Assembly (NCBI RefSeq): GCF_009834535.1
Contig: NC_045707.1
Span: 46,936,001-47,000,000, forward strand
Reading direction: 5' to 3'
Length of the DNA: 64,000 nucleotides
Origin: Camelus ferus
Lineage: Eukaryota
Shown: positions 25,085 through 39,517 of the stretch, in pieces
Layout: each line of letters begins with the position of its first letter
Position numbering within the stretch: the stretch's first letter is position 1
Made by a program: the position numbers and the translations under genes
The notes under the pieces: model-generated
What the model saw: the letters and a program-made list of their open reading frames with translations, nothing else
What the model was told of the DNA's origin: nothing
Database searches by the model: none

Positions 25085-27779
25085 AACACATTAACTACAC
25101 CAGGACCTTGCACACAGTTGACAAAATATAGTCAGGTCTCAAAAGTCACCTTTATCAGGAAGACGTTCCGTGACCACTTTTATTTAAAATTACAGCATTC
25201 ATCTCCTGCACGCCTCATCCCCTTTTCCAGCTTTATTTTCATCATAAGCACGTATCACTATCTTATTAAAACTTTTACTTAATCACTTGTTCATCACCTG
25301 TTTCCCTCCACTGAAATGCAAGGTCCTTCCTTTGTATCACAAAGGTCCTGCCCACAAAGAGTTTATAAGGCAACCAGTCGGGATTCAGTTATTAGCAATT
25401 GACTAGCTATTTTGGGCAGGCAGGAGTTTGTCATGAGGAATTGGGGTCATTCACAATCACTAGAAAGGCTTGAGAAGGTCTGGACATCTAAGGATGACTC
25501 CCTAAACAACACTGCCAAACTGGCTCATGGCCATAACCAGGAAAAGGGAGTCAGGAGCCACCATTCCACAGTCCCAACCTCTTCTCAACACTGATAGAGC
25601 AATGACTGCACGTTGAAACACTGCCGCAGAAAATCCAAGGTATCCACAGCTGTATTTGCCAGCAGCATCAAAACAGCAGCACCTGCAAATCTTACTCTAA
25701 TGCATTTAATGAAACCTAATTTGCATGCGGAACATTAGTAGCAAGGGTGTCTGGGGCATGTAGTTTGTAATCGGAAGGCAAGACAAATGCATGCTCCAAA
25801 TAGAAAAGAATGTCATATTGTGGGTCCTTCCTCAAATTCCTTTATGAAATGAGGCAATCAATAAAGACATTCATTGATCCACTTTTAAGTCAATTGGGAG
25901 ATATATACAGGAACCTCCTAAAAATCGATTGACAGTAACAGAAGAAAACCTAAAAATGTTACTTCTGTAGAGGTTTTTACAACCAACGTTTCTAATGAAA
26001 GATGGAAATACCTTTGTGAGCAAATCAATAGAAAGCAATTGTAAACTTCCCTCCTCAAAATATTCTAATTTTTGTAACCAATTTAAAGTGTTACTATACC
26101 AATATGCCATTTTATTGGGCCACTGACAATATTTTTACATTGAGTGGCAAGTATTATTATAATTAGAATTTTACATATGTGAGGACTGTGGCATCAAAGT
26201 GATCAAGTGTCTTAGCCAAAATCTCCACAGCTAATATAAAGCAAAACCTGAATTCTGACCAGGTCTCTCTGATTTCATGCTCTTTCCAGTACATAGTACA
26301 CCACACACCCCTGTATGGCGAAGAGTCAACTCTTCTAGTGACAGCTAAAATATTGGTAAATCATTCTGGTGCCACCTTCTACTCTTGATACTCTTGAGTT
26401 CCAGTTACACTCTTCACTATCCCCCTCCTCTTTTGTTCTGGAATTGCTGTCCTTTCCTGGGCAGGATTTTCCTTCTGTGTGTGGACAGGTGTTAACAAGA
26501 TTCTCTGTCCTCTTCCAGATAAAGTGTAGACCTCTTGTGATACTGCCAATAGCTGAGGTTATTGACTTTGGGGGGAGAGACAAAATGTACTTTTTCCAAC
26601 TATAAACTTGGATAATGTTCAAACATAGTAAAGTTGAAACAAATAACACCAAAAAACACCCATATAAAACTACCTATTTTAAAAACACTTCTTGATGATT
26701 CGTTGTATTTGAAAAGGCTTGAGGTATCCTAGGAACAAGAAGGATACATTGATGATGATGTCCAGGGGCAGGTGGGCTCCATGAGAGTTCACAGAAGAGA
26801 AGAGAGTGAGAGATGGCATGAGAAAGAAGAGTTTGTGCAGGAGCTGGGGCACATGGAGACTTATGGGGAACAACATTAAAGGTTGGCTATTAAGGATCTC
26901 ACTTAAATTCATAAGGTGAAGCCCTTGTCCATCAAATACCCCTTCCTATGGAAAATTTAGGAAAGCATCCATGCTGCCTCCTAAGCCACTAGGCTAGCTC
27001 TCTCATTGACTAGCCAACTGCTATCAATCAGCCTGTTGGAGGACCACCACCACACTAGCATAGAGTGATATCTGAGCAGCACACCAAAGATCCAACTTTA
27101 CTTATATTAATATCCAAGACCAGCGGGTCGTGAAGGAATCAAACACAGATCAGAATCACTATCACAGGTGGTTACTCCTCCACTCCATCTAGTCCCTCTC
27201 TGTAGGCTGGAATTATGCCCCCACAGAGGATTAAGCACCTGTTACTCAGTGGTTACAAATCTATTTTCAGGAAGGACAGATATTTTCCTTTTTCTCTGTC
27301 CCCTACATGTTTACTTGTGTTAAGATATACCCATTGTGAGTTTTCAGAAGAAAGAGTCAAAAAGAATAAGTGTAGTATTTTTCTCTCTTTCAGTCTGGTC
27401 TTTGGTTTTGCAACCTTCAAAACAAAAATCAAAGGATTTGGATATTTTTGGTTCTTCCTGCTTCATAGGTGTGGAAATTAAGCTATGGAGAAAGATTATT
27501 TTAGAACTTAGAACTTAGAAATTTAGAACAGTTTCAGAAATAGTTTATGAATTAAATCACAAAGAAACTTCAATAAATTCAAAAAATCAATAATCAATAG
27601 CCTACAAACTATGCACTCAACCATTTTACAATAAAATTGGAAATTTTATCCAAAGAATAGCTTCCATAAATCCCAAAAGTCTGGAAACCAAATAAAACAC
27701 CCTAAACTCCTGACTTAAAAAAAGTTCACCTATTTCTATTGGTATAGCCATATAGAAAACAGTGTGGGAAAAAAAAAAG

Positions 27780-28195
27780 GAAAGCCTATCAAATACTACA
27801 ACATGGATGAAAATGAAGGACATTATGCTAAGTGAAATAAGCCAGACACAGAAAGACAAATACCACACAATCTCACTTACAAGTGAAATCTAAAATTGTT
27901 CGTGAAAGGGTGTGAAGTTTGAACTATGCAGGATGAATAAATTCTGGAAATCTAATGTACAACATGGTGACTATTGTTAATAATACCATATTGTATATTA
28001 GAAATTTCCTAAGACGGTAGATCTTAAATGTTCTCACACATATACAAAAAGATAACTAAGACAACTCTGTGAGGTGATGGGTATGTTGATAAGATTGATT
28101 GTGGTAATCATTTCACAATGTATGCATATCAAAATATCACATTGTAAACATATACAGTTTTTATTTGTCAATTATACCTCAAGCTGGGGACAAAA
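27780..28195 (+). mobile_element. Older LINE-1 3' UTR fragment (L1M-type)
   Basis: caacatggatgaaaatgaaggacattatgctaagtgaaataagccagacacagaaagacaaatac...ttatttgtcaattatacctcaa. Confidence 0.8.
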
Positions 28196-28312
28196 AGTCA
28201 CATACTTCTAACCAATAGAGTGTAGAAAGAAAGAAAAAAAAATTATAGCAGAAAAACCTGGCAGACTCCCCTGAACCAAGTGAAGGTTAACATCAGAAAT
28301 AAGTCCTGTTGA

Positions 28313-28833
28313 AAAGACAAAGACTCTAATTTGAAAAGACACATGCACCCCAATGTTCACAGCAGCACTATTTACAATAGCCATGACGTGAAAGCAACTT
28401 AAGTGTCCACTACCAGATAAATGGATAAAGAAGATGTGGTATATATACACAATGGGATATTACTTAGCCATAAAAAGGAATGAAATAATGCCAGTTGTAG
28501 CAACATGAATGGACCTAGAGATTGTCATACTGAGTGAAGTAAGCCAGACAGAGAAAGACAAATATTATATGATATCACTTACATGTGGAATCTAAAAAAT
28601 AATACAAATGAACTTGTTTACAAAACAGAAACATACTCACAGACATAGAAAACACACCTATGGTTACCAAAGGGTAAGGAGATATATATAGATAGATAAT
28701 AGATTTAGATATAGATATAGATATAGATATATTAGATATAAATATACATATATAGATGTATATCTGAATGACTTTGCCATACACCTGAAATTAACACAAT
28801 ATTGTAAATCAACTATACTTCAATTTAAAAAAA
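28313..28833 (+). mobile_element. Short LINE-1 3' end with internal AT/ATAG microsatellite, nested in an older L1MC-type fragment
   Basis: gacacatgcaccccaatgttcacagcagcac...tgtaaatcaactatacttcaatttaaaaaaa. TSD agaaataagtcctgttga at 28295-28312 and 28834-28851. Confidence 0.9.
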
Positions 28834-29487
28834 AGAAATAAGTCCTGTTGATATCATGTGCCCCAATACGATGTGACAAGAGGTTTACATTGCCTCTGTG
28901 GTGTTCTTCCCCAAAATTCAGTCTTTTGATGAGAGTTCATCAGACAAACCCAAAATGAGAGACCTTCCGCAAAATATCTGAAAATTACTCTTCAAAAATG
29001 TCAAGGTCATGAAAGACCATTAAAGATGGAGAAATTGACCCAGATTGGAAAAGACTAAGAGGATGTGACAACTATAGGAAGCGAAGAGGAGAGGAAAGAA
29101 GTAGAAAAGGAAGATGGTGAAGGACTTGCCCAGTGTCAGGAAGATATGAAGACTTCTGGATTAAATTCTTATTCTGATTTCATCTTTATCATTTCCTTGA
29201 CATGCAACCGGAATCCCATGTAGCCTCCCTTCCCTGTAACCCTCTGCCCCCCAAAAAAACAAAAACAGAATTCACCAAAGGAAATACAGGCAACTACCCC
29301 TGTAACTGAAAATCCTAAAACTACACTTGGAATATGCAACCAGGCTGTCCCCTCTTTCCATATAACTCTTAATAAATATATTATGCTGTAGATAATATTA
29401 CCTAAATCATGTGCACTAAATAAGTATTCTTTTACTAAGTTATGAATTCTAACAATTTCTTCAGTTCTCTGGTATCTCATTTTCATC

Positions 29488-29732
29488 CTTCTCTGTTTAA
29501 CTTACTTCACTTAGTATAACAATCTCCAGGTCTATCCATGTTGCTGCAAATGGCATTATTTCATTCTTCTTTATGGCTGAGTAATATTCCATTGTGTATA
29601 TATACCACATCTTCATTATCCATTCTCTGGTGATGGACACTTAAGTTGCTTTCATGTCTTGGCTATTATAAATAGTGCTGCTGTGAACATTGGGTTACCT
29701 GTATGTTTTCATATTAGAATTTTTGTCTTTCA
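29488..29732 (-). mobile_element. LINE-1 fragment, inverted relative to the 28313-28833 copy
   Basis: tccatgttgctgcaaatggcattatttcattc...aatagtgctgctgtgaacattggg is the reverse complement of the L1 ORF2 end/3' UTR. Confidence 0.85.
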
Positions 29733-31979
29733 AATTATTGCTTATTTTAAAAATCCTGGGACAGTTCACAAAACCCTAAATTGCAAACCGTTCAAAAGAG
29801 CCAAATACATTATTATTCATATTTTGTGTACCAACTTGATACCCCAACAACATTTCTAGATGTTTGAAGAATCATGCTATAAGACTTTAGTGATTGTTAA
29901 TAATAGGATTATTGCAGTTTATTTCTAATTTGAGAGAAATCAGTTTTTATTGAGCATTTGTTATGTGCTAGAGTCAGTTAGGGCTAACAGACCGAAAAAG
30001 AGATATGATCTCTGTCTTCATGGAGCTGAGAGTCTAGAGAAGGAAACAAACATAAATAAGGAAACAAATACAAATTAATATTTACAAATCAGTATAAGTG
30101 CAATAAAGAAAAAGTGTTTTGATAAGTAAAACCAGTCTGGGGGACTACAGGGGAGGAGCTGATCTCAACAGAGTCTTCAGAAAAAGCCTCTTTGAGGAGG
30201 TGACCTCTCCTACTTTTCTTAAAAAAAAAAAAAAAAAAAAAAAAAACTTGCAGTAGGTATAAATAGCAACCATTTACTAGTTTCTTTCAGCCACTACATT
30301 TAGTTATATCACCAGCAAGTCAGTACCTAGATTATATTACCTTGTGCTTTATTTTGGGTCAGGAACAACCAAGCCAAAGTATCCTGAATGGCAAAAGTTA
30401 ATAGCTAAATTCTCTTTCTGCTGAATATCTACCAGGAGGACATCATGTATCATTGACTGAAGAGAAACCCATACACTTCACTCAGCAGACAGAAATGGAT
30501 TTTCAATGTTTTGTGATGAGCAGTTTAGTAGCTAACTTTCCATTTTGTTCAGGCAAAGTGACAAAGAAGCAAGCTATGCTGGTATCAGGGAAAAGGGTCA
30601 AAATATTTCTCCATGAACAGCAACAGAATGTTTGAACCTGTTGAAGCATATGGACAAGTATTTGGCTGAGACCACAGAATCTGACATCATAAAGCACAAA
30701 AAAATTAGTTTTACCTACCCCTCAAAAAACCCTAAGTATTTCTATTACCAATTGGCCACACTGACCACAGAAAAACTTCACATGGACTTTACTGTACTGA
30801 GAGTTTCTTTCCAAGCAGAACTACATCATCATGAGTGCCAAGATGATTTATCAGTGAATGCACCATGTGGTTGAATGAACTAAGCTTTTATCTGGGTTTA
30901 TTTAATAAAGTCCATTTAGAAATTAGACAATGACTGCTAAATATAACGAGTTTTGTTTCACCATAATTGATGCTAGGCTGTTCTCTCTGGTAACAATCCT
31001 CCAAAAAGTTCAGCTGCATCTTAATAAAGCAAATACAGCCAATAGCCCAGAAGAGGGTGCTTCCCTTCCTTCCCATCTGCACTAAGTGGGCATGCTTCCA
31101 ATCCACCCACTAGCTATACAGGAAGCATAGAATTTTGAACAAATAGTGGAGATTAATACTGAAGCATCGGAACTGCTCTTTGGGGAAACTGTGTTTGATT
31201 TAATAGGGGAAAGAAATCAGCCGTTAAAAGTGCTGATGGATCCTTTATGTCTCTTCTCCCCAGATAGTGAGAATATGAATGCTGAAGTCAACCAGTCAAC
31301 TTGAAGTATGAAATGGGCTATCATAAGCTTCTCTCCACCCAGGGAAGCTCCCCTATTGACCAGAAGTAGAAAGGAGGGGAAAAGACAAAGTGAATTGCGG
31401 ACTGTGGCCTACCTCATCAAATTCATTTGGCCCACAGAGATTTCTCCTAATGGCCTAAGAACATCACTTAAGCAAAAGGAAACACATTTTCCTTGTGGCA
31501 TTTGAGGGGTTTGTTCTTTTGAGTGTCAGTTTTAGACTATCTTCTCTTCGGGACAGAGAATTGATTTTCCATTTTTGTGGCCCCTACTCAATCATCTAGT
31601 ACTACATATACAGCATGCGTTTGGTAAATATATTTGACTAACAATGTGATTCTTCTATTGGTTTCATTTTACACAGAGTGCCTATGATGGTGCCTTGCAG
31701 TAGGCACTCAAAAATTGGGTCAAATGAATGCATATACAACCAATGTATTACAACCAGACTCCTTTTTGTTCCCCATTTATGTTTACTAAAAATGTAAGAA
31801 AGTCAAAAATTCCTATCAATACATACAAGGGTTATATGTTACTACTATAAGATTTTGTTATGAGTCTTAAGTACCTGAAATTTTAAGAATACTCCCAGAA
31901 TCTCTTCTTTTTTCTAACTGTATTCTTTTACCTAAGTACTCTCAACCAACCCACTCCATTAAATATTATCTAAAGGTAA

Positions 31980-32650
31980 AAAAATCTCCCAAATGTTTAG
32001 TTCTGGCTTCATGTATCCAGTCGTCTGCCTGACATCTCCACTTGGAGTTCAATAGGCAACTCAAACTTAATCTTTCCAAATCCAGGCTCTTGATTCTTCT
32101 TAACCCTAACCTATTCCTCCCCAACCAGCTCCACTTCTGTTAATGGTACCACCATCCTCTCAAGCCAAAGACTAGAGGAGTCATCCTTGATTCTTCTCTT
32201 TTCCTCACAACGTCCATCCAACTCATCAATAAGTCCTGTTGATTCTATTGCTGCAACGTTTCCTCATCCAATCACATCTCTCCCTTCCAACCACCACTAC
32301 CCTCTAAATTAGCATGATATCTTGTTCAGACTCCAGGACTTTGCTCCATCTTGTTATTAAATCTTAAATGTTACCCCCTTAGAAAAGCCTTCCCTGAACA
32401 CCTGATCTGAAATTGCTCCCCAGACTCTATCTCTTCACCTTGTTTCATTTTTTTCTTAGCACTTATCACTACCAATTAATTTTTTTATTTGTTTGTTTGT
32501 CTATTGGAAAGGGGAGTATTTTTGTCTTCTACCATTAAAATGCACATCCATAAGAGCAGGGACCTTTGCTGTCTTGTGTTCTACCATATTTCCAATGTCC
32601 ACAAGAGAGGCTGACACACATAGGTGCTCAGCAATAGTTCTTGAACTGAG
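31980..32650 (+). mobile_element. LINE-2 remnant
   Basis: ctgcctgacatctccacttggag...ctcaaacttaa...gtcatccttgattcttctctt...taggtgctcagcaatagttcttgaa. Confidence 0.75.
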
Positions 32651-32731
32651 AAGTCAATGAGTCAATTAGCTCATAAGCCTAAAATACAGTTGAACATGAA
32701 GAATAAGCAGAATGCAGAACAACACAGGATT

Positions 32732-32834
32732 GTGGGAGGGTTTAGCTCAACGGTAGAGTGCACACTTATCATGCCGGAAGTCCTGTGTTCAATCTCCAGT
32801 ACCTCCATTAAAAAAAGAACAAAAAAATTTTAAA
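32732..32834 (+). mobile_element. tRNA-Ala-derived SINE (Vic-1-like), more diverged
   Basis: GGGAGGGTTTAGCTCAACGGTAGAGTGCAC...GTTCAATCTCCAGTACCTCCATTAAAAAAA, with A/B-box-like motifs and an imperfect flanking repeat (agaa..cagaac..acagg). Confidence 0.85.
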
Positions 32835-34239
32835 GAATCAGAACACAGGTTTTTAAGTAAAGTAACATATTCATTGAGACCCAATTTAAATTACCCAGTT
32901 TCTCTCAATACCTTTAACCTTACTATTTTAAGCTAACAATTACCGAACATTTACTACATGCCAGGAACTATGCATATTCTTTACACTTATTATTTCATTT
33001 AGTTTTATTCAATCTGTGCACAGCCTTATGAAGTAGATATGACTAGCTACGTGGCAGAGCCAGAATTCACATACAAATCAGTCTTATTCCAAAGACCTAA
33101 GTCCTAACCTAAGTTAGGTTGCCTATTGATATGATATTCCCTACAGATGGGCCAGGTTCCCTGGGAACATTCACCCAGGAGAGTAAGGTCAGGGCAGCTT
33201 AGCCTCAACTTAGAGTTCATGTCTCTTTCCTGGAAGGTTACAGTGATAGCATTCACTTGGAGAGTGCATGGAGATCAAGGCTTGGTTACACAAGAACATT
33301 CCTCCTATGATGCACATCCTGCAAGCGCAGCAAAGTATTATTCAAAACAGCATTTGCCAAGTTAGAGAATTATTAAATGTCTGAACCTTCCACAGAACCT
33401 ACGTAGTGATTGTTACATGCCTTCCAAGATTCATTTCTCCAAAGTTAAACATTTCTTTTACTGCACAGAAGGACTGGGTTCTTGTAAAGATCAAGTGAAG
33501 TAGTACATACAATATCTCTTTGAAAAAATGTGAAACTTCACAGAATATACAGTATTATACAATCACAAAATTCTAGAAATGGAAAGGAACTAAGAAAAGA
33601 CCTCTTATTTCACAAAAGTATAAAAGGATACACAAAGAGGTAAAGTGACTTGTAGCTGCAGGACCAGGAGCTGATAGAATGAAATTATGTCATTTACCAA
33701 ATTTAGTTCTCAATATGTAACCAAGTAATGGCCCTTTCAGTCATTTTCCCTGAATTTATACTCATGATTTCAAACCTTCAAAATTATTCCAAGTTTATAA
33801 TACTGATATACACATATATTTTTCTAGACTTTGTATTTTATTTTATTTTAAAAATTCCGGGTTACCAGTCTCTCATGTAATAAGCAATGGACAACATGTC
33901 ACCTTAATGCCTCTGGGGAAAACAAAAAACAAAAATATTACTACATATTCTTGGAAAATAAATCCTTCAAAAATTGATTGGCACAGATGCAACTGATGGA
34001 CAGTGTTTATAGGTGGCCCCAATTTCAGTAGGAAGTAATTGAAGGCTCCCTTGAAGAGAGTCTCCTTCATTACATGTGCTTTTTACTCTGCAGTTACTTT
34101 CTGAGTTACAACTGTAATCTCCCCAGTTTAAAATGGTCCCACAGTTCAACAGTGGTTCAGGATGATCCACTAGAGACAAACTGAACTGAACTCTTCATTC
34201 TCTACTTTTACGTGTCTCACACAGTTATCCTGACCCTCT

Positions 34240-34400
34240 GAGCCCTCAGACTTTAAAGATCATCAGAATCATCAGGCGAACCTGCAGACACAGAGCTCTG
34301 GGTCTGACCCCCGGAGTCTCTGGCTTGGAAGTCCTGACGTAGGGTTCAGTAACTTGCATTTCTAACAGGTCCCCAGGTGATGCTCTCTGGAGACCATTGT
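34240..34400. mobile_element. MER5-like hAT MITE
   Basis: catcagaatcatc...acttgcatttctaacaggtccccaggtgatgct. Confidence 0.6.
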
Positions 34401-36389
34401 TGTACATTATGCACATTTCCATCAAGATTAACCAGGACTGAAATTACTTGAGACAGATTTTTGTAACCCTGAATTAATCCTAGAACACAGGGCATAGTGA
34501 CTTGAAATCCAGATGCCAGAGCCACATGTTTCATAAAAATGTATATTCAAAACCTTCTTGTTGAACTTTTTCATTCAGAAAACAACTGTGAGACTCTCAT
34601 GAAAATGAGTTATCAACTGCTGATTAGTTCTTTGAAAAATAATGAGTGTTATTGTTGCAGGTAAGATTCTATTAAGCATTTTCCATTTAATAATTCTTCA
34701 ACATACTGAACAAAGAATTTTTACTCCTACGCAGTCCTACCTGGTTCTGTTGCTTAGCAATGATCTCCACGAACCTTTACAGCATTGTGTTTTCCACTTC
34801 AAAAAGGGACAGTGTGCCACAGGTACTTTTTAACTTCACCAGAGTGTTCCCATAAAAATGGATTAATAATCATTCTGTATTTAATCTAACAGGCCAAAAA
34901 ATTCTCAAGATGAGACGCTTTCTTTTAGGATGTTTTAAAATGCACTGTGCTCTTTCTTCAAAGTGAAGCTCTTTGATTCACAATCATTGTGGTAACTTCT
35001 GGAGGGATTCATCTTTCTGACAAAGAACCATCAATCCGTCAATACATATTGTAGAAAGTCTCGTCCATGTTCATTTGTGGGCTGGGCCAGTGGGAGATTC
35101 AAAAGAATATCTGTGGACACATTTTGTACATTGTAAAGGAGGATGTTTAAGTATTATTGAAAGTGTCTCCTTCATAAGATCTATGACACATAAAAGAGAT
35201 AGGATTAATTTAGAAGAAATAGTGGCAAACTATATAAGGCAGTATGCTATCAGCTACTAAATGAAGAGGCACTCCACTAAAAGCCTTTTTAAGAATTCAG
35301 AGGGCAGAAACTAGTAACAAGGAGAGCTGGCATTTATCAAGTGCTTCCTATATGCAAGACACTTCAAAGGCATTATCTCTTTTAATTGTCACAACAGTCC
35401 TGTGAAGTCAGAATTATTATTATCCTCATTTTCAGATGAGAACACTAAGGCTTAAACGTTAATTAGCTTGCGAGTAAACAAACCCGGGTCTGAGTTCAGT
35501 AAAGGATTGTTTCGCAGAGTGCGGCTACCTAGAGACCCACCCATCATGCTGCCCTTTCCCTTGGCATCTCTCTGCATTATTCATACATGCAGAACCTAAT
35601 TCCAGGCTGGTGTTCCTCTGGGAAAAGACCTCAGCTTTAATTCACACCTATAAACCTTTGTGAATACCTATCCTTTCTGTCTTTGCGGCCAACAGTAAAT
35701 CCTCTGGGACAGGGTAAAGAAAGAGGGTTTCTTCTTACATAGATTATCTTCAAGCAATGTGTTCTGCAGAGTGATCCACGATTAGACATAAGTATGCTGA
35801 TCTGTAAACGCATACTCTGTGTTTTCATACTAGCAGAGAGTCACATCAGCCTTCAGATTTGAATTGCTGAGCATCTCCAGCTAAACAAACTTTCTCTTTG
35901 ATTGTGTTAATAACACCCTGGACCTATATGGGATGAACCTCTTTTAATCCAATGATTCCTTGAATTTTATCTCCAGCCTTGTCTTAAATGGCACCAGACT
36001 CCAAATAATAGTATGTAATTTCACCCTGACACTCTGCCCCCATTCCCTGTCCACACTCAGAAAAACATAAGCAAGATAAGAAAAAGTTCCAGGAGACTTT
36101 TGAAATAGAGGATAAGACCGGCTGCATCCTCTATGACCAGACTTGGGGTAAGGGGGATTGTGGGGCAAAAGCCAAACTCCAGGCCCACAACTTTGTCAAT
36201 TACTTTAAAGTGTCTCTGAAAATGTTGTAGAGGTAAAAGAGCATAAATGGTTAATAGTTCAACTGAGCCCTGAGCCCTGGATTGGGAAGGAGGAATCCTA
36301 GGTTCTAGAACTGCTTCTGCCTAAGTCTCCAGGTTTTCAGAGTCTGTAAAGTGTGAGGGAAAAGAAGGACAAAAATCTGACACTACCCA

Positions 36390-37070
36390 GCACTGTCCCA
36401 GATACAGTGAAATGGGAAGTCTCCTACGCAGCTAATGAGAAAGTACATTAGTACAGTCCCTTTGGAGAGCACATGGCACGTTCCATCCTAGGGAAACTCT
36501 CTCACATGTGTACAGAGCTCCCACACAAAAATGTTCATTGCAGAGTTGTTTACAGTAGGGAACAACTGGAAACAACTGTATGTCCATCAGGATAGTGAAT
36601 AAATAAAATGTGGCATATTCATAAAATGCACCATAGCATTTAATAGGAGTAAACTAGTACCATATATTAAGATAGATCTCAAAAATACAACATTGCATGA
36701 GAATAAAAGCAAGTTGCAGAATAATATGTATTATAAGGTATCATTGTATAAATCTTAAGGGAGAAAAAAACAAACTTACATACAGAAACATCTGTCTGGT
36801 TTATGGTTACTACATATAAGTAAGATTATTTTTTAAATGGCCTGAAAGGATATATACCAAATTCACACTAATGGCTGCCTCTAAAGAGAGTGTGGAATTT
36901 GATTGGAGGTGGAGGATAAAGCTTCATTCTTACCAGAATGTTTCAGTTCTTTAATTAAAAAAAAAAATTTTTTTTGAAGAGAAAAGACAAAATGTTAACA
37001 ATGATTGGTTCTTAACTGAATTGATGTTCATTTTCGTATTCTTTTGTGTTTTGCTATATTTTGAAACATA
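36390..37070 (+). mobile_element. Old LINE-1 (L1ME-type) 3' fragment
   Basis: aaaatgttcattgcagagttgtttacagtagggaacaactggaaacaactgtatgtccatcagg...aataaaatgtggcatattcata. Confidence 0.7.
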
Positions 37071-37300
37071 GGCTTCACTAAAAAGAGAAAGAGAGAAAGC
37101 TAAAAACTGTTTAGTCTCCTTTCCAGCTCTGAATTTTAGAGTTGGATAATTAAGAACGTCATGCATTTATTTCCATTAGAGGCTCAAGACTGACCTCATT
37201 CTGGTTGATGTAGGAAGTGCCGGAAGTCTCGTCACTCTGGCCTGGGTATGCCCACTGAAACAAATGGGTGAACTTCAGTGATGCCTTAAAGTCCCTTCTA

Positions 37301-38033
37301 GCAGGGTTGGCTTCATAAAGCACGAGACGTGTGCAGTCACAGACTGCCTCGTGCTGTGCTCGGAAGGGCCCCAGGCTTGGTTTCATGCTCTGCAGTTCCC
37401 CATCTAGAAATCCGTAATAATTTCATCTTTGAACTTGTGTTTTATAAATGAAATCCAACGAGGCGATGGAGTGTGCCCATGAGCAGTGTGCGTGCTCACA
37501 GTTCCTTGATATCCCATTCACACAGAATTTCAGACCCACGATGTGTGGAAATTTACTGAGACTCCAAGGAAATATACGATAGCATGTTATGCAAGTTGCC
37601 AGCTTCCATAGAGTGTTGATAGAATGTGTGCATCTTAAGAAGTGAAATAAAACAATTGAGTTAGTTTAGTTTTGTGCAGAATTTCCATGCTTATAAGAAC
37701 AAAATGCATATGCACATAGGAGATATAAAATATAAGTTGTGTGATTTCTGTGATTCCACATATGAATGAAATGCTCTTATATATGCATTTAAAACTGGCA
37801 TTGCATGATATAAAGATGAACGGTAAGATTTATGCTAATAATTTAATCTTTTTCATTTTTACTTACTTAGAATGACATTAAATAGCAAATAAAAAATATT
37901 TGGGAGAGATCATGAAAGAAAGGAAAGGGCTTTTTATTTTAAAAATTTACTGGCCCCTTTTTCTGGCTTTTTGAACAAAGGGACCTGAATGTTCATTTTG
38001 CCCTGGACCCTGCAAATCATGTAGCCGGTGCTA
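37301..38033 (+). mobile_element. hAT-Tip100 DNA transposon remnant (MER45-like)
   Basis: cagggttggcttcat...gaagggccccaggcttggtttcatgctctgc...ttcattttgccctggaccctgcaaatcatgtagccgg. Confidence 0.7.
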
Positions 38034-38297
38034 CTTCCTGGCTTTAACTTCTGATACACCTAAGAGAAACTGTCATCAAGCAACTGGGTGGTTGCCTGGA
38101 CAGTCTGGAGCCCAAATCTCATCACAGCCTGTCCTCTGTGTTCCCAGGAGCCCAGGCTTGACTGATAACTCTGCAGAGGTGCCTCTTAACCCAGGTGGAC
38201 CTCACTCCCAGACAAATAGGGCTGCAGCAACATTTCAGGGACGTGCGTGAGGCACCTCCCTTCACCCAGGGGAAGACAATGGTTAAGAGACCAGGCT

Positions 38298-38465
38298 GAG
38301 GGGTGGGAGAGTACAGCTCAGGGGTAGAATGCAGGCTTAGCACGCACAAGGTCTTGGGTTCAATCCCCAGTATCTCAGTTAAAAAATAAAATAAAAATAA
38401 AATTAATTACCTCCCCCACAAAAAATTAAAAATAAATAAATAAAAATCTAAAAAAAGAGAGAGTG
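38298..38465 (+). mobile_element. tRNA-Ala-derived SINE (Vic-1-like) inserted in a MIR
   Basis: GGGAGAGTACAGCTCAGGGGTAGAATGCAGGCTTAGCACGCACAAGGTCTTGGGTTCAATCCCCAG, followed by an A-rich tail containing taattacctccccc. 12-bp TSD agagaccaggct at 38286-38297 and 38466-38477. Confidence 0.9.
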
Positions 38466-39517
38466 AGAGACCAGGCTCTGAAGATTGCCTAGATTGAAAT
38501 CCTTCCTCACCACTTAAAAATCATGTGACTTGGGGCAAGTGAATTCATTCTTTGGTGCCTCAGTTTCCTCATCTGTAAAATGGGCTAATAATTGAACAGG
38601 GTTGATTGGAGGATTTAGGGTGCTGTGCCTGATATGTAGGAAGCTTTCAATAACTGTTAGCCATACTAAACATCCCAAGGCCCCTCTTCTCACAGGGAGG
38701 TGATGTATGAAGTAGTTTAGAGCAGGGGCAACGTAGTCAGATTAAGTTCAAGTCCAGCTCTATAGGTGGCTAGTCATGCTTCAGGCAGGTTTCTTAACTT
38801 GTCTGAAAAGTGAAGATAATGCCCGTCTTATCTAGTTTCTGGGAAATCACCTATGAGAATGTACCTTCTCTCAGCCTTCTCATCAACTGAAAACTCACCC
38901 AGCCCAAGGAGCCCATCTTCAGTTGTCTTTCTTTATCTATCCTAAAGAGCAGACAGGGAGGGCAGGGTATTTTAATACATTTCTCAGAACTTTCAAAAGA
39001 GCTGACTACCTACTGTCAAAGAAGGATAAGAGAGATGCCATAAGCTTGTGTTCCATTCCTCAAGAGGGCAGGAAGGGAGAGCAAAGCCACTCGGAGGCTG
39101 CAGACACCAAGACAAGGTAGAGGGGCAGAAAGCTATGCATGCACAGAGCAAAAGTAAAACAGCAAAAGGGCATCAAGCCAGGACAAAAACACATTTCCAG
39201 GGTTTAAATTGCCAGGAGACCACCCTTCCCATTCCCTTAATCCCCTAAACTATATTTCTGCTCTCAAAACCCAATCTAATGGAATCTGAAGCCATCAGAG
39301 TCTTGATTAACAGCTGGTAGCAGGTCCTGAAGGTAAGGATGGAAGAAAAAGGAGAAACCCCAGGACAGAAAGAATAAAACTGCCCTCCCAAATTGGAGCA
39401 GAGAAACCATTTCCCCAACATTGTTATGTGTGGGGATTAACTTTAGGAAGGCTTGACTTAAACTCTAGTCACTGTTGTAATCATCTCAAGATCTGCCAAG
39501 ATCTTGATCAAGATCAA

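Noticed and set aside
29203..29216. 14-mer tgcaaccggaatcc identical to 24793-24806 in CRADD exon 1
   Set aside because: Several 14-mer matches are expected by chance within 64 kb, and the flanks do not align.
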